From positions 4,316,436 through 4,380,435 of the forward strand of contig SMSO01000031.1 in the NCBI GenBank assembly GCA_004764695.1: a stretch of DNA of 64,000 nucleotides, read 5' to 3'. The position numbers and the translations under genes are program-made. This DNA is from Schizochytrium sp. TIO01. Taxonomy: Eukaryota; Protista; Bigyra: Labyrinthulomycetes. Below are positions 25,582-38,307 of this stretch, one piece after another. Position 1 is the stretch's first letter. Every line of letters starts with the position of its first letter. The notes under the pieces are model-generated. The model searched no databases and was not told where the DNA came from. It was given only the letters and a program-made list of their open reading frames with translations.

Positions 25582-28500
25582 TTACATGGAAAAGGGGTTC
25601 TCAACGTCTGCTTGGTTTTCAACATCTTCACCACCATCTGCCCAAGACACAAAATGGTTGGGGCGATGTTCCACCGCGTAAAACTCCTTGGGCTGGCCCA
25701 GGACGAGAGAATATTCCATCGTGGAAGCCCAGCGAACGCCCATAAGGTTGTAGTTCCATACTCCGTCCGTAGGAACTAAGAAACTACCAAGGAAGCGGTC
25801 CGAAAGCAAGAGCTGCGGTGTTTCAAAGCATGTGGTATTGTATCCTTGCGCCATTTCAGCTGACACACCTTTGTTTTTCTCGGCCCACTCAAGGCCGGTC
25901 TCGGTGACACGGTATGCGGAGAGTGAGCAAGTACCTGGAGTCAGAGCTACAGTAATAACAACCGATTTTTCTTGGTCCCAGTGCTCACCCATTGCAGCTA
26001 CAAGCTGCACATCTTCTGGTGGCAAATGCTGGAACTGATTAGGCTGAGTGTGGATGATACCGAGCATTTCTAATCCCTCAAGCGCAGGGTGTGACTCTGC
26101 GGTTGGCACAGCAGCAGGCAATTGCACAGAACGATGAGTACCAACTTGAGGGACCATGACAAGAGCACGAACTTCCTTGATTTGCTCCGTATCTGCAGGT
26201 GAAGAGCCAAACATATACGCAGCGCATTCGGTGCGCAAGTCGGAAACTCGGACAAGTTTTGTCAAGAGGTTCTTTGGAACGACATAAGTGAATCCGCCTT
26301 CCTCCAGGTTCTCGCCTTCAGTAACATACAAATGTTTTGTACGAAGATGAAGATTAGCAGCCGAGACTGCACGCTGCTTCCAGTCAGTCTTTGAGCGGAA
26401 CGTCTGGTTTTCGTAACCCGAAGTAGTTTGCACAACAATCTCGTCACCGTGCTTGTTCACAGTACGAGTCGTCACAGCAGACATCTTTGCCGTGTCACGA
26501 GTCTGTTTTTCCAGTTCTGCCATTTGTTGACGCTGCTCTGAAGGTGGCGCAATCTCCATACCTAGAATGATGTCGCGGATCTCTGAGTTGGTCAACGAGG
26601 CAACATTTACGTTGTTACGTTTGCCGTAGTCATCTAAAATAAGATCCTTCAGGGCAACTTCAACTTCGATCCATTGCTCATCAGACAATGAAGGCCATAC
26701 GTGGTGAGGTTTAGTTGTCACACTACGGTCCGGACGCAAGATAATCTTAGTGCGCTCTTGGGACACATGGAAGGGCGCGTAAAATGAGAATGAGACGCGA
26801 GAATGCTGTATAGGAGGAGATAGAATTGAGCCAATCATCGTAAATATTGAAGAGCAGCATCTGCGGCTCAGTTGCGTTAAGGATGAGCTCACCAAACTTT
26901 TCGATCTTCAAGCACTCTTGGAATGGCAACTGCAGTTCACTGGCGCGCAACGTGATGTTAGGGAAAGTCAAGCATATGTGTCTCAAGAGGGTCGAGCATA
27001 CCCTTCCTCGTCACAATAATTTGCTTTGGTTGCTCCTCCACGGGTAGCGAACGGATCAATGCAGCAGTTTCCTCAGCTGTCTTCCACTTCGCCAGCTGTG
27101 AGCGACGCTTTTGACCAGCCCAAACACTAGTGTGCACAATCTTCAAGAATAATTGGCCTGTGCGAGGGTTGAAGATAAACACTGCACCGTTGATTGCCTT
27201 GGTTGCAGTATTACCATCGTTCGTTGTGTGCACCGTCACACGGTATACATTGGTGTCATCAACAAACCAGATAGTTTGAGCAGAAAATAGTTCACCATAG
27301 TTTGAACTCGACAAGTGTGGCTCCGTCGGTTCCGAAGAGTAAAGCTGAAGACCCTTACGAATACGCTCGCGCAGGACATACAAGGCTGGATTTGCCTTCA
27401 TGATTTTGGTCATACCCTGAGAAATTAGAGGTTTCAGACCAGGGAACCAATTACCAAAGCCTGAATGAATGTTGTAGCAAAGATCAATACCCAACAAAAG
27501 ACCCGTTGGGGATGGGTAAAGAGTCATATTGTCCGTAGTATAGTCAAGATACTTGGCGCGCACATAGCGATCGATATCGTGCGAATCATAGTCGCCCCAA
27601 CGCAGCTGCACATCAATCCAGTATTTGTCAGACGTAAGACCAGATTCGTAACCATCGCGGTGATCTTGCAACATGCTTGGTTTAGAAATCTGCCACTTTT
27701 GTGAACCGAGCAGCAAAATATCTGCACAGGATACATTCATCTTGTAAGATTTACGTGGGTGAATCGTCTCCTTCTGCACTGTCTCAATATCCAGAAGTTC
27801 CATCTGTTGATCAAGAATCTGGGCAATATCAGTGGTTACACTCTCGTGGATCTTCTGCCACAAGTGGGCCCGGAAGATCTGAATCAAAGAAATCTTCAAT
27901 GTTGGAATCTTACCGTGCATGAAGATACCGGTTAAATCAAGTTGAACCTGGAAACCGACATAGACAGATGATCGATTAATTGTAGGCGACCACCACAACG
28001 TAAAGCGACGGTTAGGAATCTGGTTCAAACCAGTACGTTGAGCATTTGTCAACTTGTTCTTCAAGGACATTGCATTTTCAAAACCGGATGATTTCTCCCA
28101 GAACAGTCCCTCCCAGGACTTGAAGCCAGTTCCCTTGAACATGGTGTGTTCCAAAATTCCTTCAACACCACCAAGAGCCTGAATAACATCAGTTCGGTAG
28201 GCATTCAAGTTCCAAAGCTTACCATCGTGTTTTGTATGAGTCCAATAGAAAGTTGAGAAACGAAGCATCTGGAATTGCTCAAAGTAGTTGCGCACGCGCC
28301 AGCCTTTATCATACGCCAACGTGTGACGATCCTTACTAAACAAGGTATTGATACGAGGGATACCGCGAGACCATGAATCTTCCAAATCTTCCAGGGTCAG
28401 GCGGCGATTTTGAGCTGTCGCCTCTTGCCGCTTCAATGCATAGTCAGCCCAGACACGCTGCGAATCAGCAATTTCACTTTCCCAAGGAGCGATATAACGA

Positions 28501-31500
28501 TAAAGGTTTGGAATCATTGCATCTTGCTGGTGACTCATACCCATACGGAAATGTGTTGTCTCGGCATCCATTGATTGTTTGGCATAACGCAAGTCGCTCG
28601 CAGCAATAAGCACATTACCCATACTCAACATGCCCAGTCCACCAACTTCCTTTGGCGAATACATGACCGCAGGCGGAAAACGCTTCGGATCCTTGGAGTT
28701 CAGACCCATCTTAATGCGTGTTTGGATCTTGTTCTCACACTTTACCAACAAATCGAGAAGCTCTGGCGTACAGATAACCGCTTCACGATATAAGACCATA
28801 AGACTGATAAGTGCTGAATTCCATTTGTTGGCTACCTTAACAAACGTTGTGCTTCCTGAGGACAACAAAATTTGGCGAATGCGGTTCTCAAATCCCTTGA
28901 TTGATTCTTCGCTCACACGAAGATACGCCATGGCAGTACGCTCTTTGGTGCGCTCATTCTGCAGAGCCCAAACTCCATCCTTCAACGAGGACAAGGAATT
29001 ATCCGGGGTTCGGCATTTGGGAAGGATGCGTACCTCAAAGCCGCACATGTCAAAGAGCACGTTTGGGTTGTCCTTCGAGTACACGCTGACGAAAGATGTA
29101 TCCCAATCAATTGTAGTAATGGAACGTGGCAATCTATTTTTGATGCTCCAAAAGGTAGCACGGCCCAGGTTAACATCATGCTTCATGAGACGCATACGAG
29201 CATCACGAGGCCAGCACTTTTTGTTGTTATAGCCAACAACATTCTCATTATTCGGATCAGGATGATCAGTCAGGAATCGTTGAATCAGGTCTCGAGAGTC
29301 TTCCTCATCGAACTTAAAGTACATGTAAATTTGGTCCACGTAGCGGGTGTACATCCGGATCGGATGCTGCGTTTCGGTCTCCACGTCCGAGAAGCATAGA
29401 AAATCGTTCGGTGTTTCGGGCAATCCAGCAAGCTCAGAGGCGCGACTAAGACCGAGAATGAGGATATCAAGCACCAATCCATAGTACTGGAAAACGAAGG
29501 AAGCAAATCCCAAACCTCGAATGAGTCCATAAGAGTTGGTATGACTCATATCCTTGTAGTTAAGGACAATGTTATTCTTTGCGGTAATGTAATCCGCGAT
29601 GTTATGATCCACCACCAATCGCAAAAGACGATTCATCAAAGTCAAATCAATCTTGTCAAAAACATGGTCCAAACGAGCTTGAAGCATCACACCACACTCG
29701 CCGTTTTCCGTCGTCCAGCCATCCTCCAGGTTATTAATTCCTTGAGACCACTTGTACACAAGAAGCGGAGGTGGCTCTGAATCCGAAGGTTTGATCCAGT
29801 TAGGGAAGAGTTGTCTCTTGTCAGACTCATACCAAAGGTATTGATCCAAATAAGCATCGGTGAGCTTTTCCATACTGTCAATATGGTACACTGGCTGAAG
29901 GTGCGAGAAGTAATCCTTAAACTCAATATCTACCTCCTTGAATGCACGTTGGGTCAGCAAGTGACGTTTGATACGAGAGAGGGCTTCGTGTGGGTTATCA
30001 TACGCCTGTTCCACCAATGCCAATTCTTCCCTCTCTTTCGAATTCAGCCGCATTGCGTTGATATAACGCTCTTTAAAGCGTTCGAGAGCAAGAATCAGCA
30101 GTTTAGTATCATGTTTGTACGAAAGGGGTGGAAAAGGAATGTGCGAGAACTTGCGCGACTCCAACCAATGTACCATGGTTGTATAAATTGCTACAGCCTC
30201 TTCTGCAGAAACATATGGTCCATCCTTAAGATAGTTGTGCTGACGCTCCTGCTCGGCTTTAAGCCACAAACGAGTCATACGTCCCAAGTTTTTGATCACA
30301 ACCGTCTTTTCCAAAGTTGCACCTCTACGAATACGTTCACGGTTGTAGTGTGTCACATTGTCCCACCAGTCAGCCTTGGCTTTGACATAGCGCAAGATCA
30401 TATTTTCAATAGGTTGAGGCATGCCAGGAACCTTCCAGCTCACGTTGGCCTTGTAGCAACGCCAAGCCTCAGACAAGTGAGCAAGAATTTGCTTGGCCTT
30501 GTTACCAGCCATGCCTTCCGGCATCATATCGAGAATATCATGAATAACTGCAGCACGGAGTTGCAGATCGTAGTGCGACTCAACGCGTTGTTTCGTTACG
30601 TTCTTAGCAATACCCTTACTGTGTCGACCCTCAATATTGCGTCCGAGCAAGTTACCCAGCCATCCTTCAAGGAGCGGGATAATGCCGCGAATGAAGTGCA
30701 GCCACACTTGCCAGTTCGGTGCCCATACGCCAACACCAGGACCACGCTGAACAGGCCCCGTGTTAAAGCGGTAATAAATGACATGCTTGTACATTTTGGC
30801 CTTGCGAAGGCTGTGCATAGCACGGTACTTGTGACGATAAATACCTGTGAGGCCACCAACATGGGCAAATATATATTGCAAACCATCAGCCAATTGGAAA
30901 GCATCAACGCTTCCAAGACGGTATTGGACATGAGTATCAACAATGATTTTGATGAGACGCAATAGCTCGCGCAAAAGATGAAAGGCATTACCAAAACGAG
31001 ATTTTTTACGCTCTTTGGTGGTCAGCGTCTTCGTTGGTTTGAGATTAAAATTATAATCTAAGTGCAGGTATTCGAGGTTCTTTTTGTGAATAAGAAGACT
31101 CAACATATTGTGACCCTGGCGTACGACCTGAAGACCAGCTTCTACCCAGTCAATCTCTGTACACTGGAAGAATTTGGTACCCTTTAGGCTCAACAGCAAG
31201 TCGCGCCGGGGTGCGTGCGGAAGCTGTTCGCCGGCACGCTGGCGACGCTTTAGCAGCAATCGCGACAGATGGAGCTTCAAGAGACGCTGATAGCTTACCT
31301 TCACCTTTGTCGGGTAGCCGCGCGGAGCATGTTCCATGTACCAGTGGTCTACCAGCTTGATGTCAATGCTCCGCTTTGTGTTTCCAGATCGTTTGTTGAA
31401 TGGAGCTGGTGCCCAATACAATTCAAGTCCATTGTGTGTTGACTCAGTGTACAGAGGGATGTCACCAAGCATGGGGTCTGCGCCTGCTTCCGGTAGCTCA

Positions 31501-32756
31501 AAACCCTCCTCGCCGTTGAAGAGATCTTCTTCGTCATCAGCCTCATCCTTTGTCGTCGCTTTGCCACGGTTGCGAAAAGACGAGATGGGGTGAATTGCCG
31601 CATCAAAGTAGAATGGCGGAAGATCAGGATCCTCAGCACGCACTAGAGCAAGGGCAGGGTGATGGTAGACAGCATGGACAATCTTACGCGGTCGAGAATT
31701 GTAAACATGAGGAAACGCAACCTTGTATTCAGTGCGGATTTGCCTCCGTACGATGATCTTGTTAATGTCGTTAAACTCATTCCAATCCTCATCCTGGTCT
31801 TCAAGACCGGGAAATAACGGCTCAAACTTGGGACCCCCGGGGATGGCCTGGTTAAGCGATTTTGCTGTCAGCAAGGCCTCTTCTGTAAAGAGGTAGCGGC
31901 GGTTTTCATCCAAGCTATCTGGGAGCAATTGAGAAGCCAGGCGATATAGGTTACCTAAAGTATCTACGGGCAGACGCCATTTCTTGTAACTCTCTCCGTT
32001 GATAAACTTGACCTCATCCATGAGAGGTTTGTGATCATAGAACCACTCAATAACTGCAGCATCATCCTCCTCGTCAAGGTCCAATGCAATTGCCTCGAGC
32101 GGCTCAACCTCCATGATGTTCTCCATGTAATCCATTGGCGGCTCCTCGTCATCGAATGGCGGAAAACGCATGCGCTTAAAGTGTCTCCGGTCACGCTTTT
32201 CTCTGCGCATTGTGATCCACATCGAGCCCCATTGTGCAAGGTAAATGGGCTCTACCACACGTGGAGTTTCATTCACAAATGTGATCGCTCCAGTAACATG
32301 GTACAGCACCTTGACATTGCGCACCTGCTCCCATGGCATAGGCATATTCTCCAAAAGCTTGTATAGTGCATGTGGCACATACTTAAGCGCTCCCAAATAC
32401 ACCCTGCGGTCTGTACGATACTTTCCCGAGCTCATATCTCCATGATCCCGAACAATCTTTCGCAAGTGCTCAGGCGGCAGCAGCTCCTTGTTCGCTTCGC
32501 TGCCGCCCGTGCGACGTTTAGGACCATATCTACGACCCTGGATCTTGCGCCATGCGCTCGAAGATTCCGAAGGATCCAACTTGGCCTCAGTCTCGTGAAG
32601 AGAAATATTGTTTCTGCTGCCCCCTAGACTAGAACTATCGTTATCCTTATCACCATAGCGTCCTCGCCCTTGGCCACGTTTGCCACCTCCTCGCGAGAGG
32701 CCTGGCGGCGGCGGCGGCGGTGGTGGAGGCGCCGTGCCCCCTGCACCCGCTACCAT
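25582..32756 (-). CDS. PRP8: Pre-mRNA splicing factor PRP8 (about 2390 aa) with two +1 frame breaks at about 26961 and 26770
   Basis: Full PRP8 motif series ([44 protein letters not shown], RNase H-like [11 protein letters not shown], Jab1/MPN HTQPN, EFY..EHRPNHF) spread over three consecutive +1 frames. No introns and no intein. Confidence 0.97.
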
Positions 32757-34075
32757 CACGTGTGGTCAGGAGTGAGTGTCTCTCAAGATCGAGTCGGCTT
32801 CCGATATCTCTTGCCTCAAATGGTCTCGTCTCGTGGGATCAGAAGATGACGGCTGAAGTGAACTCCAAAAAACGTGAACGCGAATTTCTAAAATTCGCCC
32901 CGCGACCGCAATAGAGAAGAAGCCCTCAAATGCCAAAGGGCTTTTACAGGTGAAATATGGGCGAAGGTTTGATTCCCTAGCGACGAAAGGAAGGACCGCG
33001 ACGAAAGCGGCGCTCCGTATCGCGCGAAGCCAGCCTGCTGATTGCTCTCGAGGGCCTCCAATCGTGGCTTCTGTAGAAGTTTGATTTACCCACATTGTAC
33101 ATGGCTCACTCGCCACATTAACCACTTCCTGGTGGTGGGCTTAATACACCCTATCTCCAGCTATGAGAAACTGGCGCTTCTGGTTTTTTCCCAGCTTTGG
33201 TCAATCTTGTTATGTTGGTTATTAATTACTCAATCTCGCACTGGTTATGTACTGGGAGTGAAGAGATTGGATGCACAGAAATGAAATAATCCTTTGCGAA
33301 GATTGAGATGAGGCATGTAGAAGGATGCTTGCACAGGGAGGATGCAGCTGAGGTGTGAGGGTGCTAGTTTGTGCTTCATAGGTATGAGTTTATAGCGTCT
33401 ATAGATATCTTGTTTTTTAATTAGCTTTTCCGTTTTGTATGGCGTTTGGGATATCTGATTTGAGACTAGCTCTGGAGCGAATTTGGGAGATTTTAAGGGT
33501 TGCCAAAGATGGAACGATGAGGAACTTGATGTGCTATGATAACGCACTTGAAATAGCGTGCGAACCAGTTGAAGTGGTAAAGAGGAGATACTCTTTATAG
33601 ATACATCAAGACACCGGCTACTTGTGATTGTCCGAATAATATGCAAAGCTCATGTTCCAACCCAGATTTGCTAGCTTAGTTCCACAGTACTTGCGTATTT
33701 TTTTTCTTTCTCAGCAACCACAACTGCGTTGCACCATGCAAGGAACACCCTTGTGTAATTTCGATAGGAAACGCAATGCTTTGAGCTCCTCAGTTTCACT
33801 ATCTCTTATAAAAACGCATCTAAGACCATCATTTAATCTGACGCAGGTCTGTATTTCACATTCTTCCCACCTGCAACTCCTATTCCGAATGCCATTGTTA
33901 TCATAGAATCATGGATTTACTTGGAGAATTGAGAAGCACCACGAGTGACATATATATTTTTTAAAGCACTAAAACTTTATTAGAAACAAGCAAATCTACA
34001 ACAATCTCTCGACAACCGCGGCGTGGGAGCGAAGCAGAGCACCTGAGAGCGTTCTGCAAAGGCTCTTGCAGTAGG

Positions 34076-35047
34076 ATGGATCGTGCGCAGACGCTTTCGC
34101 ACACGTTCAATGACGGCGTGACAAGCGTGCAGTTCGCTGATGGTGACAGTCATCTCCTTGTCGCCTCCTGGGATGGCAGCGTGACGCTTCTGGACACGGA
34201 CTTGGACAGGCTCTTGGGCAAGTATCATCACGCTTCGGGAGTTTTGGCGGCCGCCTTTGCATCGAGCGATTGCAAATCCGCCGTGAGTGGAGGCCTCGAT
34301 CGCAAAGTTCTTTTGCACGAATTCGAAACTGAGATTCGAGACACGCTTGGATTCCATGAAGCACCTGTACGATGTGTTTCTGCTCTCAAACCCCTTAACC
34401 TTGTTGCTACAGGCAGCTGGGACTCAACTGTTCGAACTTGGGATGTGCGTCAAAAAGGCTCTGCAACAACTCTCAAGCAGCCCCACAAAGTCTTTGCAAT
34501 GGATGCCGATGGTGATAGGCTTATCGTCGCGCATGCTGGCCTTTCTGTGCACATTTTTGATATGCGCAAACCTTCAGAACCTCTTCAGGAGAGAACACAA
34601 TCCTTAGGATTTCAGACCCGCTGCACTCGCTTTCTTCCTGGAGGATCGTCGTTTGCTCTCGGCTGCACGGCTGGCCGCGTGGTTGTGGACTACCTTGAAG
34701 GTGATCGCGAGTCTTTTAAGTTTAAGTGCCACCGTGCGAATGATAAGATCTACCCTGTCAATGCAATCGCTCCCCATCCTGTGCATGGAACATTTGCAAC
34801 TGGTGGAGGGGACGGCAATGTGGCAATCTGGGACCCCGTAAATCACAAACGCGTCAGTCACTTTAAGTTTGACGAGACCATCGCGGCTCTGAATTTTAAT
34901 TCATCTGGGTCACGCCTTGCCATCGCAAAGTCATACACGTTTGAGAGTGGTGAAGATCTCGCTCGCCAATCCCGAAATTCAGTTCTCATCTTGCCAATTC
35001 AAGACTCTGAAGTAATGCCTCGTGTCAAGCGCCAGAAAACACATTGA
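34076..35047 (+). CDS. BUB3: Mitotic checkpoint WD40 protein BUB3
   Basis: LLVASWD, SGGLD, SLGFQTRC, FKFKCHR...IYPVNAI, GTFATGGGDG, LAIAKSY; 323 aa. Confidence 0.9.
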   Translation: MDRAQTLSHTFNDGVTSVQFADGDSHLLVASWDGSVTLLDTDLDRLLGKYHHASGVLAAAFASSDCKSAVSGGLDRKVLLHEFETEIRDTLGFHEAPVRCVSALKPLNLVATGSWDSTVRTWDVRQKGSATTLKQPHKVFAMDADGDRLIVAHAGLSVHIFDMRKPSEPLQERTQSLGFQTRCTRFLPGGSSFALGCTAGRVVVDYLEGDRESFKFKCHRANDKIYPVNAIAPHPVHGTFATGGGDGNVAIWDPVNHKRVSHFKFDETIAALNFNSSGSRLAIAKSYTFESGEDLARQSRNSVLILPIQDSEVMPRVKRQKTH

Positions 35048-35413
35048 TTTTATTTTATTTTTATTTTCCAGCGACAATAAAGTGGTTTTTTCTACTTCAC
35101 ACTTAGCTTCTGACCTAAAGATCTTGCAATGCCATGATGCGTCCTAATATTGCGCATTTACACGAAGAGTGAGAGATTGCGGCTACGAGAACTTCTCATT
35201 CACGTTGATACTTTTGTTTACCCCCACCCTCAAACTGCCACTATCTAAACAACGTAATCCACCTGATTCTGTACTAAATGTTGTATTTGCTGTTTCGAAC
35301 CAGGTAGAACTATCGCAACAAACAAATCCCCGACAAGATAAGAAAAGTCAAATGCTAAGTTTACATAAGTAATTATGAGTAAAGGAACGGTGCAACCTTC
35401 CCAATACGATGAT

Positions 35414-38307
35414 TTAATATTGGGCGTAGCCAGTTTGCTCATCGTACACTTCACCTTCATAGTATTCGTAAGGCTGTTCTTGACCATACTCACCATACTG
35501 CATCTGTGTGGTTCCTCCCAAAGGCTGCTGTTCAGTTTCCCAAACGCATTCCCCAGTATTATGGTTGTACATGTACCTTTGTCCAGTTGCGTCATCTGTA
35601 TAAGTCTCCCATTCGGAGCCACCAGCCGGAGCAGAGGCAGATACTTCATATCCATCTGCCTGGACACTAGCAAGCTCAGGAGGCATTTCCCTGTAGCAAA
35701 TATTATCTTGTTAGTTCACAAAATCATAGAGCTGAATCAAATTTACATTTCTGCAGATGAATCACCTTGAGCATGATCACACTTCCACCCTAGAACGAAA
35801 TATAATTTTTTCCCATTTTGTACTTACCAAGTTGTCGTACCTGTGAGTTGATCATACCAGTACGGATAACCAGAGTCTTCGTCAAAGAGTTCAATCCAAT
35901 CCGCAGCAGGAGCTTCTGCCACTGATGCTGACTGAAAAGCTTGCTGAACTGGGTTTTGCTTTGGTCCACCGTCTTGAAACCACTCGAACGAATGCGACGC
36001 CAATGCTCCTTTCAAATGGATTGCGTCATAGCATTCGTCGCAATATATATCATCACACTCGTGGCAGCGACGAGTAGCTGCAACACCATCGCATTCAATG
36101 CACTTCAGTAAATTTTTCTCCCGTTCTCGTTTAGCAACGATGACAGGATCCTCAATTACCCGACCATCAAGAAGTGCAAGCATACCATCTTTTTTCGTAT
36201 AGCCATCTGGAGGAGGCTCGAAAAGAACTTGCTGGGTATAGAGGTTACGAAACACAAAATCATTAGAAGTGCTATCAAACTCTTCAACCCATGATCGAGC
36301 CCAAGAACACATCTCCTCGAGGTATTCTTTGCGACGATCTGCAGCCTTTCTTCGACCCAACTTTCCTCGAAACAAGCTTTGAACTTTCTGTATTTGTAAC
36401 TCATCCTGCTCCTGAGCAGCACGTTTTGCGTGGTTCTTTAATTGAAAAATTAATCGGCCACGATGACCACGGTAAATTGCTTGCAGGCGCAGCGCAGCAC
36501 GTTCTTTAATGGCAAGCTCGGCAGCAAATTCTTTTCGACGCTCGGCCATTCTCTTGTACGCCAAGCGAGAGCGGTAAGCCCGTTGCACCATAATTGCTGC
36601 GCGTGTTTTGCGCTGGTGCACTCGCATTGCATCAGCCTTCCGTTTTGCAAGTTTTCTGCGTTGTAAGGCCTGCATTTTAGCTGCTGCGTTGTCTCTACGC
36701 GCTCGACGTAAAATGTGATACGCCAATTGGCCTTGTCTTCGCCTCCATGCTGATTGAACTTTCAAGGCAGCGCGATTTTCAGCTTCAAGCCGAGCTTTGC
36801 GAGCTTCCATACGTTTCCGAGCCAATCTGCCTCGAAATGCTGTTTGAGTCTTACGGGCCGCATTGAAAAGAATCTGTTCCTCACGTAGATTAGCTACTCG
36901 TTGTTTTGCATGACGCCCACGAAACATGGTTTGAAGTTTAGCAGCAGCCGCATGCTGCTCTTTAAGCGTTTGCTGATACTTGAGATACTGAAACCGGAGT
37001 CGCCCCTGATAACCCCTCCAGCAACGTTGGATCAATTGAGTTGCATTGGACATGGCAACAAATTCTTCATTGTTTCGTTCAAACTGAAAATTTCGGACCC
37101 ATCTTCGCATTCTTGAGGTCAATCGCGCGCGCTGCAGACGTCCAATGATGTGAGCTAGTTTTCCTGCACCTTGCATCATCTGATATTTTAGATGTTTTGA
37201 TTGAAGCCTCAAGTATTGCGAGTAATTGCTCCACAGTTGCAATGCTTCTGATATTCGTTTTCGATCGCGAGCTTCAAATACACTACTCATTTTAGAGACT
37301 GCCCAGCGTTGAACGTATGCCTTGGATTTTGTGCCATGGACTACCTCTGGATATTGTCGTTGGAGAATCGCCATCTCATCATGAACAAGTGCTGTAAGCG
37401 ATTGCACATTTTTAATGGAAGAGCTAAGTTCTTTTCGAAGAGCAGAAGCGCGGTCGCGTCTGCCACGACCTGGACGAGCGCGTTTTTTGACATTTGGTTT
37501 CCGGTTTTGCTCTGACTCTGGCTTTTGGTTCCCTTCATATGTTACTTCTATTCGTGTTGGTACCTCAACTCCCGGTTGCTTGCTCATAAGCGCTTCAAAG
37601 TAGCGTATTTCCTCCTCGGAGAGACCTAAGTGAGATTGGGCTTTAGCCCGCGTATTTATTTCAGCTTGCAAGCGCTCCTTCTCCTCATCAGTAGGCTCTT
37701 GAGGCAATGGATTTGCAACTTGGCTTCCTTTTGCGACAGGAGGAAGCTGGAAAATAGGTAGCACATGTTTATCTTCGCGAAGCCCTGCTTCGAAAACAGG
37801 TTCCCCAGTGTTTGTAAGCGCTGGGAGAAGATTATGTGCTACGCCTAGTGGGGCGTTTTGTATTGATTCTGAAATTTGATTTTTAGATCTCAGCTGCTGA
37901 ACACCATCTCCATCCCCGGAATTGGTGAGAGCGCTAAGAACCTGATAATCGGCTGAATTTGCTAATTTTTCACGCAACCGTGCTCGAGTCGCTTCAAGCT
38001 GCTCCAACACTGCACGTTCTTCAGCCATCAAATCGTTTATTTGGTCAATGTCTCTCCTCTGCTTGCGTCCATCTCTCCTCTTACTACTACTAGTATGTGC
38101 CTCGCCATATCGTTTTGTGCCTTTTGCGATCGTACGGGATCGCTGCCTTCGTGGCTGTTTTCTGTTGTTGTTCCCATGAAATTTGCCAAAATTACTCGAT
38201 GCAATCTGAGGTAAAAGTCCACTTTCTTCTTCACGCTCAGAATTGGCAACAGTGATGTTGTCCTTGCCGCTCACGCGATCACTCACAGTTGTGCCAAAGA
38301 CGAACAT
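35414..38307 (-). CDS. IQ-repeat, WW and B-box zinc-finger protein; exons 38307-35828 and 35690-35414
   Basis: Many IQ motifs (IQRCWRGY, LQTMFRGR, VQSAWRRR, LQAIYRGH) and a B-box CIECD...CHECDDIYCDECYDAIH. WW domains follow; splicing restores TTWEMP. Confidence 0.85.
35691..35827 (-). other. GT-AG spliceosomal intron (137 nt, phase 2)
   Basis: TG|GTAAGT donor and TTGCTACAG|G acceptor; removal completes the WW-domain Trp codon in frame. Confidence 0.85.

Noticed and set aside
26765-26965. Tiny introns as the explanation for the PRP8 frame breaks
   Set aside because: Conserved residues abut on both sides with only one extra nucleotide, leaving no room for an intron.
28060-28110. PRP8 intein at the FWEK(A/S)SGFE insertion site
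   Set aside because: The sequence is contiguous ([11 protein letters not shown]) with no insertion.
29811-30965. Long antisense ORFs (384 aa here; also 16669-17304, 28630-29232 and 39094-39720)
   Set aside because: Shadow ORFs opposite strongly codon-biased real genes.
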